Assembly (NCBI GenBank): GCA_020059745.1 | Contig: JAGVBK010000003.1 | Span: 68,492-132,491 of the forward strand | DNA length: 64,000 nt | Direction: 5' to 3' | DNA from: Candidatus Shapirobacteria bacterium | GTDB taxonomy: Bacteria; Patescibacteriota; Microgenomatia; UM-FILTER-40-11 | Part shown: positions 55,665 to 64,000 of the stretch, piece after piece | Numbering within the stretch: position 1 is the stretch's first letter | Layout: the number at the start of each line of letters is the position of its first letter | Position numbers and translations under genes: made by a program | The notes under the pieces: generated by a model | What the model was told of the DNA's origin: nothing | The model's database searches: none | Seen by the model: the letters and a program-made list of their open reading frames with translations, nothing else

Positions 55665-57145
55665 AGATAGTTATTGGTTATCCGCCGCTTAAGTCAGAGA
55701 AAGGTATTCCTCAGATTTCTCAAAATCGCCAATTCCAATGGACAGCAGGCGGTCCGCTTTCTTATTTTATTTACCCGGTTATCCCCGCTTATGCAGCCAG
55801 TTTATTAAAAGAAAGAGGTTATGAAGTTTACTGGCTTGATGGTTTGGCCGAGAAAATGACTTACGAGCAGTGGGAAAAGAAACTGCTGGAAATTAAACCT
55901 GATATTTTAGCCATTGAAACAAAAACTCCGGTTATCAAATACCACTGGCAAATCATTAAACAACTTAAAAAACTGGTCACTGATCACTGGTCACTGGTTA
56001 CTGTCTTGATGGGCGATCATGTTACTGCCTTGCCAGAAGAATCATTTTCAAAATGTCCTGTCGACTATATTTTAACCGGCGGTGATTATGATTTTGGCCT
56101 TCTTTCCATTGCTAATCATTTAAGCAAAGGCGAGAAGTTAGATTCTGGCATATATTACCGCACCAAAAACGATGATTCGAAGTTCATGGTTCATGGTTCA
56201 AAGTTCAAGTTAAATCATAGTCTTGACGAGTTGCCCCTAATTGATCGGGATTTAACAAAGTGGCACCTCTATGCTTACAGAAATTCGAATTTTTACCGCG
56301 CTCCCGGAGCCTACACAATGTTTGGTCGGGATTGCTGGTGGGGAAAATGTTCATTTTGTTCCTGGACAACTCTTTTTCCCGGAGAAAAATTCAGAGTAAT
56401 GAGCGTTAAACAGGCGATTGCTGAAGTGAAGAATTTGGTTGAAAACTATCATGTTAAGGAAATAATGGACGATTCGGGCACTTTTCCGACCGGCGATTGG
56501 TTAAGGGAATTTTGTGAAGAAATTATTAAAAGAGGATACCAGAAAAAAATTAATATTAACTGCAATATGCGGTTTAACTGCGGGCTTTCACAAAAAGATT
56601 ATAACTTGATGGGGAAAGCGGGTTTCAGGTTTATTCTTTATGGTCTTGAATCGGCGAACCAGGAAACACTTGACAAGCTTAATAAAAATCTCAAGGTTGA
56701 GCAAATAGAGCCGGCCCTTAGCGCGGCAAAAAAGGCTGGGCTCAAGCCCCATGTAACCGTAATGGTCGGCTACCCGTGGGAAGGAGAAAAAGAAATTCAA
56801 AAAACAGTCTCTTTTGTCAAAAATCTTTTTGAAAAAGAGTTGGTTGATACAATGCAGGCCACAGTAGTAATTCCTTACCCCGGAACTCCTCTTTTTGAGG
56901 AATGTAAAAAGAAAAAACTTCTTAAAACTTTGGACTGGAATAGGTATGACATGAGAGAGCCCATTATGAAGGCTGGGGTTTCCGATGAAAAGCTAATGTG
57001 TGCCGTCAGGGAGCTATATAGCAGTTCCGTTTGGAATAAGACCTTTGTATTTAATACACTTAAGAAATTAGGAAACTATGATGGTTTTAAGTATGTTTCT
57101 TTTCAGGGATTTAAGTATTTAGGAAAACTTTTAGAATTCAAGTGA
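55661..57145 (+). CDS. Cobalamin-binding (class B) radical SAM enzyme.
   Basis: It has an N-terminal B12-binding-like domain, then FGRDCWWGKCSFC (CxxxCxxC). It carries two heptamer-repeat patches, at 55974-56001 and 56183-56210, inside the CDS. Confidence 0.75.
   Translation: MKIVIGYPPLKSEKGIPQISQNRQFQWTAGGPLSYFIYPVIPAYAASLLKERGYEVYWLDGLAEKMTYEQWEKKLLEIKPDILAIETKTPVIKYHWQIIKQLKKLVTDHWSLVTVLMGDHVTALPEESFSKCPVDYILTGGDYDFGLLSIANHLSKGEKLDSGIYYRTKNDDSKFMVHGSKFKLNHSLDELPLIDRDLTKWHLYAYRNSNFYRAPGAYTMFGRDCWWGKCSFCSWTTLFPGEKFRVMSVKQAIAEVKNLVENYHVKEIMDDSGTFPTGDWLREFCEEIIKRGYQKKININCNMRFNCGLSQKDYNLMGKAGFRFILYGLESANQETLDKLNKNLKVEQIEPALSAAKKAGLKPHVTVMVGYPWEGEKEIQKTVSFVKNLFEKELVDTMQATVVIPYPGTPLFEECKKKKLLKTLDWNRYDMREPIMKAGVSDEKLMCAVRELYSSSVWNKTFVFNTLKKLGNYDGFKYVSFQGFKYLGKLLEFK
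55974..56001. repeat. Heptamer tandem repeat TG(G/A)T(C/T)AC with 4 units, inside a cobalamin radical-SAM CDS.
   Basis: TGGTCAC TGATCAC TGGTCAC TGGTTAC. It encodes VTDHWSLVT, which is absent from the paralog at 46303. Confidence 0.6.
56183..56210. repeat. Heptamer tandem repeat GTTCA(T/A)(G/A) with 4 units, inside a cobalamin radical-SAM CDS.
   Basis: GTTCATG GTTCATG GTTCAAA GTTCAAG. It belongs to the same family as the arrays flanking the IVS gene. Confidence 0.6.
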
Positions 57146-57154
57146 TCTCATTTT

Positions 57155-57628
57155 ATGAAATTTTTAAATTTAATCAATAAAAACTTGTTTTTCCATGAGC
57201 TTACCCATTTCATCTTGAGTTTGTTGTCTGGATTATTTGTATGGCTAATATTCAGAGACTGGAGACTTTTGCCAGTTGCCATTTTATTTGGATTTTTTAT
57301 TGATGTGGATCACCTATTTGATTATTTGAATTGGTCAAGGGGAAGTCTTAAACTCTCCGAGTTTTTTACCCCCCGGCTTTATGTCAGGGGATCAAAAAAG
57401 GTTTTCGTTCCCCTTCATGGTTGGGAATTTTTACCGTTTGTCTGGATTTTTGGGAGAATAATTGGTTTAAAAATCGGAATTTCCGGATTTCAATGGGCTG
57501 CTTCTTTGGCCTATTTTACCCACATGTCTTGGGATCAAATTACAGTCAACCCCAACACACTTGGATATTTCTTTATCTATCGCTTGATAAATAATTTTAA
57601 AATGAAAAGCTTTAATGGAAAAAAATAG
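57155..57628 (+). CDS. Small integral membrane protein, possibly a YdjM/DUF457-like membrane-bound metal-dependent hydrolase.
   Basis: 157 aa with 3-4 TM helices. There are conserved His/Asp positions (HELTHF...DVDHLFD). Confidence 0.35.
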   Translation: MKFLNLINKNLFFHELTHFILSLLSGLFVWLIFRDWRLLPVAILFGFFIDVDHLFDYLNWSRGSLKLSEFFTPRLYVRGSKKVFVPLHGWEFLPFVWIFGRIIGLKIGISGFQWAASLAYFTHMSWDQITVNPNTLGYFFIYRLINNFKMKSFNGKK

Positions 57629-58640
57629 CCTACCAACAATTTCGGTGTTGATTCCAACTTTAAATGCCGGCAGGGTACTCGAGGAATGTCTTAAATCGAT
57701 TTCAATTCAGGATTATCCCAAAGACAAAATTGAGATAATTATTGCTGACGGCGGATCTGTCGATAATACTCTAAAGATTGCAAAGAAATATGGTGCAAAA
57801 ATCTTCGAAAACCCCCTCAAGACTGGAGAAACGGGAAAGGCTGTGGCATTAAAAAACGCAAAAAACGAACTTGTTGCCCTAATTGACTCTGATAATATCT
57901 TACCAAACAAAGACTGGCTTAAAAGGATGGTTGAGCCTTTTGACGACAGAGAAATTAATGGTAGTGAGCCTTGGGCTTTTACTTACAGAAAGTTTGATGG
58001 TTTTATCGACCGGTACTGTGCCTTGATGGGCATGAACGATCCCTTTTGCTATTTTATCGGCAACTACGACCATTTAAATCTGATTACTAATAAGTGGACA
58101 AAATTAAACTTAGAAGAAGAAGACAAGGGCAGTTGGCTTAAGCTAAGCTTGAAGTTTCCGAATGTTCCTACAATTGGCGCTAATGGAGCATTATTTAGAA
58201 GGAAATTTCTTATAGAAGGAGGAGTAACTAAGGATTACTTATTTGATATTGATGTGATTCCCAAACTTTCCAGGAGAAGGGCGATTAAATATGCGAAAGT
58301 TAAAATTAGTATAGTTCATGTTTCCTGCGGAAGCAGCTCAGTAAGATTTACTTTAAAACAATTGAGGAGAATTACCGATTATTTATATTATCAAAAACGC
58401 AATCTTAGGATTTATCCTTGGCAGAAACAAGACAAGACAGGCCTGATTAATTTTTTACTAAGTTGTATTTTTGTATTTCCCTTATTATATCAATCACTAA
58501 GAGGGTATATGAAAAAACCAGACCCAGCTTGGCTTTTTCATCCGCTTGCTTGCTGGATAACGCTTTTTGTCTATACGACAAAGGTGCTGTCTGGGTTTGT
58601 AACAACAAACATCCAAAGTAGGGAAAAATGGAAACAATGA
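57615..58640 (+). CDS. Family 2 glycosyltransferase.
   Basis: Contains ISVLIPTLNAGRVLEECL...IIADGGSVDNT...DSDN (DxD). It is a tandem paralog of the 58751 gene. Confidence 0.7.
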   Translation: MEKNSLPTISVLIPTLNAGRVLEECLKSISIQDYPKDKIEIIIADGGSVDNTLKIAKKYGAKIFENPLKTGETGKAVALKNAKNELVALIDSDNILPNKDWLKRMVEPFDDREINGSEPWAFTYRKFDGFIDRYCALMGMNDPFCYFIGNYDHLNLITNKWTKLNLEEEDKGSWLKLSLKFPNVPTIGANGALFRRKFLIEGGVTKDYLFDIDVIPKLSRRRAIKYAKVKISIVHVSCGSSSVRFTLKQLRRITDYLYYQKRNLRIYPWQKQDKTGLINFLLSCIFVFPLLYQSLRGYMKKPDPAWLFHPLACWITLFVYTTKVLSGFVTTNIQSREKWKQ

Positions 58641-58750
58641 TTTACTCTGATAAAAATTCGTAGATTTTTTTTGAGAGTAAATTGTGCTAATATTTATGCT
58701 AGTTTTCTTACCAGAAAAGAGATAGTAACAATTATTAATTAAATATTTAA

Positions 58751-59797
58751 ATGCCTAAAAAATCTTCAAACAAAAAACAGACTCTTCCCTCTGTTTCTTT
58801 TGTTATTGCCACATATAATAGCGGTTGGTGTGTTGAAGACGCTTTGAAATCCATTAAGAAGCAGGACTATTCTAAAAATAAAGTTGAAATAATTTTTGCC
58901 GACGGCGGGTCAAAAGATAATACTTTAGAGCTGGCTAAAAAATACGGTGTTAAGGTTCTAAAAAACGAATTCAAACTAGGCGAACCGGGTTTTGCTTTGG
59001 GATGTGAAGAAGCAAATGGCGATCTTGTTGTTTTTTTGGGCCACGACAATCAGCTTGTTCAGGATAACTGGATTCAGTTAATGATCAAGCCTTTTATGGA
59101 AGCTGATGTTACCGTTGCTTTCCCGCATATTGAAAACAGGCCCCAGGATAGTTGGTTGACAAAATATGTAAACCGCTTTACTGACCCATTTAATCATTTT
59201 GTTTATGGCTACGCCAATAATCCTTTAACCTTTGATAAGGTTTATAGAGTAATTAAGAGAACTAAACACTGGATAATCTTTGATTTTGATCTTCAAGACC
59301 ATCCTATTTTAGCTTTTGATCAGGGCTTGATGCTGAAGAAAGAAGGTTTCCATCGTGATAAAGAAACGTGGTACTGTGATATTCTGCCGATTTTGGACTT
59401 GATAAAAGAAGGAAAGAAATTTGCCTATGTACCGTTGGCAAGCAACTACCATGTTACCTTAAATAAAGGTGTAAGGCAATTTATAAAGAAGCATCAATGG
59501 GCAATTGATTATAATTTAAGTCCTAAAAAAACATTCGGTATTTTTAAACAACCGTTTGGTCTTAAAGCAAGAAAGCAGTATATTTCTCTGAAGAGAAAGA
59601 TGCGAATGTTGGCTTATCCTTTTTATGGGATTAGTTTTTTTATTCCGATACTTAGAGCCGGTTACATGTTTTTAAAAGACAGGGAGAGAGAGTGGTTTTA
59701 TCATCCCTTTATTACATTTATTTCTGCTTATATTATATGGAAAGAAGCGGTCAGAGTGCTTGTTTTTAAGAGAGATCCATTAACAGAAAGATATTAA
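58751..59797 (+). CDS. Family 2 glycosyltransferase; paralog of the 57615 gene.
   Basis: Contains VSFVIATYNSGWCVEDAL...IIFADGGSKDNT. It has the same domain order and its own 110-nt AT-rich upstream spacer. Confidence 0.7.
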   Translation: MPKKSSNKKQTLPSVSFVIATYNSGWCVEDALKSIKKQDYSKNKVEIIFADGGSKDNTLELAKKYGVKVLKNEFKLGEPGFALGCEEANGDLVVFLGHDNQLVQDNWIQLMIKPFMEADVTVAFPHIENRPQDSWLTKYVNRFTDPFNHFVYGYANNPLTFDKVYRVIKRTKHWIIFDFDLQDHPILAFDQGLMLKKEGFHRDKETWYCDILPILDLIKEGKKFAYVPLASNYHVTLNKGVRQFIKKHQWAIDYNLSPKKTFGIFKQPFGLKARKQYISLKRKMRMLAYPFYGISFFIPILRAGYMFLKDREREWFYHPFITFISAYIIWKEAVRVLVFKRDPLTERY

Positions 59798-59815
59798 TTA
59801 CTAAAAAGGAGTTAT

Positions 59816-60229
59816 ATGAACTACAAGCTTATTTCAAAAGATAAATTTATCGACCAAAGAGGAAGTTTGGCAGAATTTTTAACCAGAAGCGAATTGGAAG
59901 AAGGTTTTCCCTTTGGTCACATATACTTTGTCACTTTTGAGAAAAAAGGGGTTATTAGGGGCAATCACTATCATGCTAAGAAGGACGAATATTTTGGTTT
60001 GGCTATGGGTAAAGTTGAAATTACAATCGAGGATATTAAAACCAAAGAAAGAAAATCTTTCATTCTTGATTCCGAGGAGGATAAGTTCACAAGACTTCAG
60101 ATTGGACCTAACACCGCCCACGCAGTTGAAAGCTTATCTGATAAAGCAGTTCTGATTGACTATTTTCCTGAGCCGTACAATAAAGAGGATCCGGACTCAA
60201 TTAGCTATGAAGTAGTAAAAAAAGAATGA
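59816..60229 (+). CDS. WxcM-domain / FdtA-like cupin, a putative dTDP-4-keto-6-deoxyhexose 3,4-ketoisomerase.
   Basis: 137 aa. Contains [10 protein letters not shown] and a HYH-containing cupin core ([22 protein letters not shown]). Good SD sequence (AAAGGAG) upstream. Confidence 0.65.
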   Translation: MNYKLISKDKFIDQRGSLAEFLTRSELEEGFPFGHIYFVTFEKKGVIRGNHYHAKKDEYFGLAMGKVEITIEDIKTKERKSFILDSEEDKFTRLQIGPNTAHAVESLSDKAVLIDYFPEPYNKEDPDSISYEVVKKE

Positions 60230-61335
60230 ATGTGAGTTTTATTGATTTTAAAAGAGAATATCTAGAAATAAAAGAGGAGATAGATAACGCTGTAAATAAG
60301 GTTTTAGAGAGCGGTTGGTTTGTTTTGGGTAAAGAAGTTGAAGCTTTCGAAAAGGAATTTGCATCTTATTGCGGAGTTAACTATTGTTATGGCGTGAATT
60401 CCGGTACAGATGCTCTCTATTTATCTCTACGGGCTTTAGGTTTAAACCCAAAGGATGAAGTTATAATTCCGGTAAATACCTTTATTGCTTCAGCTTTAGC
60501 AGTCAGCCAGCTTGGAGCGATTCCTGTTTTTGTAGATGTGGACGAAAAAACTGGGAACATTGATCCGGCTAAAATTGAAAAAAAGATAGGTTATGCGACC
60601 AAGGCGATTATGGCTGTTCATCTTTATGGTCAAATTGCCGACATGAAAGAAATTCTTACGCTGGCAAAGAGACATCAGCTTTTAGTGATTGAAGATGCTT
60701 GCCAAGCTCACGGGGCAACTTATGAAGGTAAAAAAGCTGGTGGTTTTGGTGATATTGCGGCTTTTTCCTTTTATCCAACAAAAAATTTGGGTGCTTATGG
60801 TGATGCCGGTGCAGTTGTTACGAAAAATGATCAGTTGGCCGAGAAAATTAAACTTTTGAGAAATTATGGACAAAAAGAAAAGTATTATCATGAAATAAAA
60901 GGGGTTAACAGCCGAATGGACGAACTTCAAGCGGCAATTTTGAGGGTGAAGCTTCGATATCTTGATGCGTGGGTAAAAAAAAGAAGGGAAATCGTAGCTC
61001 GGTATAATCGGCAGCTAGCTGATTTACCTCTCACCTTACCAAAAGAAAAAGAAAACCGCTTCCACTCTTATTATCTTTATGTTATAAGAACCGCTGAAAG
61101 AGATGCCTTAATGGGATATATGAAAGAAAAAGGAATTGGAGCCTTGATTCATTATCCAGCCCCCCTTCACCTGCAAAGGGCTTATCGAGAATTGAAATAT
61201 AAGGATGGAGATTTTCCTCTCGCAGAAAAATTTTGCAAAGAGATTATTTCTTTACCTTTGTATCCACAAATCAAAGAAGAAGAAGTAGACTATGTTTGTC
61301 AGAGCATAAGGAGTTTTTTTAATGAAAAAATTTAA
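60226..61335 (+). CDS. PLP-dependent sugar aminotransferase of the DegT/DnrJ/EryC1/StrS family.
   Basis: Contains [24 protein letters not shown] and [19 protein letters not shown], the last of which holds the lysine-containing active-site region. Confidence 0.85.
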   Translation: MNVSFIDFKREYLEIKEEIDNAVNKVLESGWFVLGKEVEAFEKEFASYCGVNYCYGVNSGTDALYLSLRALGLNPKDEVIIPVNTFIASALAVSQLGAIPVFVDVDEKTGNIDPAKIEKKIGYATKAIMAVHLYGQIADMKEILTLAKRHQLLVIEDACQAHGATYEGKKAGGFGDIAAFSFYPTKNLGAYGDAGAVVTKNDQLAEKIKLLRNYGQKEKYYHEIKGVNSRMDELQAAILRVKLRYLDAWVKKRREIVARYNRQLADLPLTLPKEKENRFHSYYLYVIRTAERDALMGYMKEKGIGALIHYPAPLHLQRAYRELKYKDGDFPLAEKFCKEIISLPLYPQIKEEEVDYVCQSIRSFFNEKI

Positions 61336-61996
61336 TTCGGGTATTGGGGAAAGACTTACCGGTAGGCATAAATATAGTTTTAAATTTTGTGGAAACGTAA
61401 AAGGTAAAACAATTCTTGATGTCGGGAGTTCTTATGGTTGGTTTGAAAAATTTGCCGTCGAAGCGGAGTGTAAATCTGTTTTAGGAATCGAACCAGAGGA
61501 AAATTTATTTTACGCAGCCCAGAAAGAAGTACCCAAAGCTATTTTTAAAAAAGGATCTGCTTTAAAAATTCCAGCAAAGGATAACTTTTTTGATTTGGTT
61601 GTTATGTTTGATGTTATCGAGCACATTCCCCGTAAAACTGAATCAAAAGCACTAAAAGAAATTAAAAGGGTTTTAAGGCCTGGTGGAACATTTGCTATGT
61701 CCACTTCACTGAACTTTTGGTTTACTAACATCATGGACCCCATATGGTATTTTGGACACCGCCATTACAACGAAAAGCAATTAAGAAATTTACTGGGTAA
61801 AGAAGGTTTTAAAGTGAAAAAGGTTGAGTATCGGGGTGGTTGGGGTGAAATGGCTAGCGCAATTTTACTTTATCCTTTTAAATGGATTTTTCATTGTGAA
61901 GTTCCTTTTAAAAAATATCTGGAACAAAAAAGAGATGAAGAATATTTGGTTAATAAAAAAGGATTCATGACAATTTATCTGAAGGCAACAAAATGA
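61322..61996 (+). CDS. Class I SAM-dependent methyltransferase.
   Basis: Contains [24 protein letters not shown] and LRPGGTF. Confidence 0.7.
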   Translation: MKKFNSGIGERLTGRHKYSFKFCGNVKGKTILDVGSSYGWFEKFAVEAECKSVLGIEPEENLFYAAQKEVPKAIFKKGSALKIPAKDNFFDLVVMFDVIEHIPRKTESKALKEIKRVLRPGGTFAMSTSLNFWFTNIMDPIWYFGHRHYNEKQLRNLLGKEGFKVKKVEYRGGWGEMASAILLYPFKWIFHCEVPFKKYLEQKRDEEYLVNKKGFMTIYLKATK

Positions 61997-62057
61997 ATTT
62001 ATCTATTAATTTGTTTTGTTAGTTTCTGTTATTAGATTAGTACTGAAAGGAAGCAAA

Positions 62058-63572
62058 ATGAAAGTATTATTGTTAAACCCGTATCGAACGACAACTTTCA
62101 ATCGGAGAACTTATCCCTTGGAACCAATTGGTTTGCTCTATTTAGCTACATATATTCGCGAAAAGCTTTCAAAAAAATATCCATCGATAAAAGTTAGTAT
62201 TGTTGATACTTATTTTAATGGTCCTCCAGCTTGCACTAAAACCAAGCTAGGTTATAGAGCGGGGTTGAGCGACGAAGAAATTGAGGAAATTCTAAAAAAA
62301 GAGAAACCCGACATGATTGGGATAAGCAACAATTATACCTCATACACACCCGACAGTCTGTCGTTGGCTGAGTTGGCAAAGAAAACATGCCCTAAGGCGG
62401 TAATAGTACTTGGAGGTGCTCATGCCACAGTGGATCACGAATTTTTAATTACTAAGGATTGTGTTGATGTTGTTGTGAGAGGAGAGGGGGAGGAGACCTT
62501 CAGAGAAATGATTTACAACATTTATAAGAAAAAAGGATTGAGGAACGTATTGGGAATTACTTATAAAGAAGGTAAAAGAATTATTTCTAATTCAGACAGA
62601 CCTTTAATTGAAGATTTAGATGAGTTGCCTATTCCTGACAGGTCCTTTATTAATTATCCGGAATATCTCAAAAAGACTTCCGAAATATACTTTGTGCCTG
62701 AAAAGAAGCCTGTAGGAACAATTTTTTCTTCCAGAGGCTGTATGTACCATTGCGTTTTTTGTAGTACCCATAAAGTATGGTCGGATAAATGGCGGTATCG
62801 GTCTGCCAAGAATGTCATAAAAGAGATTAACTATCTTAGGAAGAAGTATGGGGTCCGAGAGTTTGCCTTTGAGGATGATCAGTTTTTGGGAAGTAATGAA
62901 AGGGTTGTTGAAATATGCAAAATGATTATCAAACAAAAGATGGATATCTCTCTTATTGTACCTCCAGGACTATCCCCATCATTGTTAAAGAAAGAAACCT
63001 TGAAATATTTAAAGCAGGCGGGTCTTTATAGGGTATCTTTTTCGGTTGACGCCGGGAGTCCGAAATCAGTTGCATATGTCAAAAAACCGGTTAATTTAGA
63101 CAAAGTTAGAGACATTGTTGCTTATGCTAACCGTTTGGGATTATGGACTTATGGGTTTTTTGTAATCGGGTATCCCTATGAGACTATTAAAGATCTTGAA
63201 GAGGTTAGGGATTACGCTTATGGATTGAAAATGGATTTTATTAGATTTTATATTGCTCAACCCCACATGGGATCTGACCTTTATGAAATATATTTAAAGG
63301 AGGGAAAGATTGATAAACGGGCAAAAGAACAACACACTATGTTCGATTCTCTATTCGGAACAGATCATGTTTCCGCCAAAAAACTGTTTAGATTAAGAGA
63401 AGAATATGAGAACAGTTATCTCTTATATCATATAAAGAACCATTTACCTTCACTAAAGTATTTTTTTTGGGAGTTTATTCCTAAAATTTCCAGTCCCAAA
63501 AAGATTTTTTATCTATTTAGAGTAATGGTTTCTTACACTAAACAGATATCCATAACCCCATCTAAAAAGTAA
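62058..63572 (+). CDS. Cobalamin-binding (class B) radical SAM enzyme.
   Basis: It has an N-terminal B12-binding-like domain, then SSRGCMYHCVFC (CxxxCxxC). I prefer the ATG at 62058, which has an AAGGAAG SD sequence, over the ORF-track start at 62016. Confidence 0.75.
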   Translation: MKVLLLNPYRTTTFNRRTYPLEPIGLLYLATYIREKLSKKYPSIKVSIVDTYFNGPPACTKTKLGYRAGLSDEEIEEILKKEKPDMIGISNNYTSYTPDSLSLAELAKKTCPKAVIVLGGAHATVDHEFLITKDCVDVVVRGEGEETFREMIYNIYKKKGLRNVLGITYKEGKRIISNSDRPLIEDLDELPIPDRSFINYPEYLKKTSEIYFVPEKKPVGTIFSSRGCMYHCVFCSTHKVWSDKWRYRSAKNVIKEINYLRKKYGVREFAFEDDQFLGSNERVVEICKMIIKQKMDISLIVPPGLSPSLLKKETLKYLKQAGLYRVSFSVDAGSPKSVAYVKKPVNLDKVRDIVAYANRLGLWTYGFFVIGYPYETIKDLEEVRDYAYGLKMDFIRFYIAQPHMGSDLYEIYLKEGKIDKRAKEQHTMFDSLFGTDHVSAKKLFRLREEYENSYLLYHIKNHLPSLKYFFWEFIPKISSPKKIFYLFRVMVSYTKQISITPSKK

Positions 63573-63592
63573 TAAAACAATCTGAATCCTGT

Positions 63593-64000
63593 ATGAAAAT
63601 TGCATTTTTTACTGCACCCCTTCTGAATCATGGTGGGGGAGTTGAGAAACATTTTATGACTATGGCCAATGAGATGGCAAAGAGAGGACATCAAGTTTCG
63701 ATTCTCAACTTGAGTGGGGGTTTTTATAAAAAGCTAAGTATTTTTTTGACCCTTTATTATCATTCAAATCAAGTTAACGATTTAAGGTTGAAGGATTCAG
63801 AGGTAAAAGAGGGTCTGAAAAATATTAGATGGATAGTGGGAGACCTGAAAAAAATCCAAAAAAACTTAAAAGAATTCGATGTTGTTTATTCTAAAAATGA
63901 AATTATTGATCTTTTACCTTTAAAGTTGATGAGAAAGAAGTACCTACCTCCTGTTCTGGTTGGTATTCATACACCAATATATTATCCTGTTAGTAATTCC
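63593..64000 (+). CDS. Family 4 glycosyltransferase, N-terminal part. The gene continues beyond the window.
   Basis: The ATG at 63593 opens a frame that stays open to the window end. MKIAFFTAPLLNHGGGVEKH matches the GT4 N-terminal glycine-rich motif. Confidence 0.55.
   Translation, partial: MKIAFFTAPLLNHGGGVEKHFMTMANEMAKRGHQVSILNLSGGFYKKLSIFLTLYYHSNQVNDLRLKDSEVKEGLKNIRWIVGDLKKIQKNLKEFDVVYSKNEIIDLLPLKLMRKKYLPPVLVGIHTPIYYPVSNS

Noticed and set aside
58641-58750. A small RNA gene or tRNA in the 110-nt spacer between the GT2 paralogs.
   Set aside because: The spacer is AT-rich and low-complexity. It has no cloverleaf-compatible stems, no conserved tRNA boxes, and no terminator-like hairpin.
1-64000. 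Diversity-generating retroelement or other reverse-transcriptase-based diversification of the paralog array.
   Set aside because: No ORF in the six-frame track has reverse-transcriptase motifs (YxDD). I recognise no template/variable-repeat pair with adenine-specific differences.
1-64000. Alternative genetic code with UGA read as Gly or Trp, as in some CPR lineages.
   Set aside because: TGA terminates several genes exactly where the homologous family ends, for example the GT2 at 6348-7289 and the array paralog at 33124-34758. Long ORFs are obtained under code 11.

Overview
This 64 kb window is almost entirely one co-directional, densely packed cell-surface glycosylation / glycan-modification locus. 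About 55 protein genes are present, 54 on the + strand, many with overlapping stop/start codons of the ATGA type. I saw no rRNA, tRNA or CRISPR. Low GC, weak Shine-Dalgarno signals, tiny intergenic gaps and a 23S-IVS-type four-helix-bundle gene suggest a small-genome, Gram-positive-like lineage, possibly a Candidate Phyla Radiation (Patescibacteria) bacterium. TGA is used as a stop codon, so the standard code 11 applies. The gene content, all read by motif from the translations with no searches run: (i) eleven to twelve family-2 glycosyltransferases, including two polyprenyl-phosphate-sugar synthases of the GtrB/ArnC/DPM1 type, and five family-4 glycosyltransferases; (ii) two Wzx-like flippases; (iii) a very unusual concentration of GT-C type polytopic membrane glycosyltransferases. 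This includes a tandem array of seven full-length, closely related ArnT/PMT-family paralogs at 21178-34758, plus one more distant member at 18760, one internal gene fragment and one further weak candidate at 3485. Also in this group are two tandem YfhO-like paralogs, two DUF2029/PIG-V-like paralogs, a TMTC-like TPR-bearing GT-C protein on the minus strand, and several other large membrane proteins. (iv) Sugar-tailoring enzymes: three cobalamin-binding radical-SAM enzymes, two radical-SAM/SPASM enzymes, five class I SAM methyltransferases, an FdtA-like 3,4-ketoisomerase, a DegT-type aminotransferase and an NAD-dependent sugar epimerase/dehydratase. The main novelty candidate is this polyprenyl-phosphate-sugar-dependent extracytoplasmic glycosylation system, with its diversified paralog array of ArnT/PMT-like transferases and radical-SAM glycan tailoring. 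Superimposed on it are two families of degenerate heptanucleotide tandem-repeat patches. A near-palindromic GGTNACC / TGATCAC-like family sits inside coding sequences of two GT2 genes and one cobalamin radical-SAM gene. A TGAAC/GTTCA family flanks the IVS-protein gene in inverted orientation and occurs once as an orphan inside a coding sequence. These repeats are candidates for phase-variation or recombination and for a mobile hairpin cassette.
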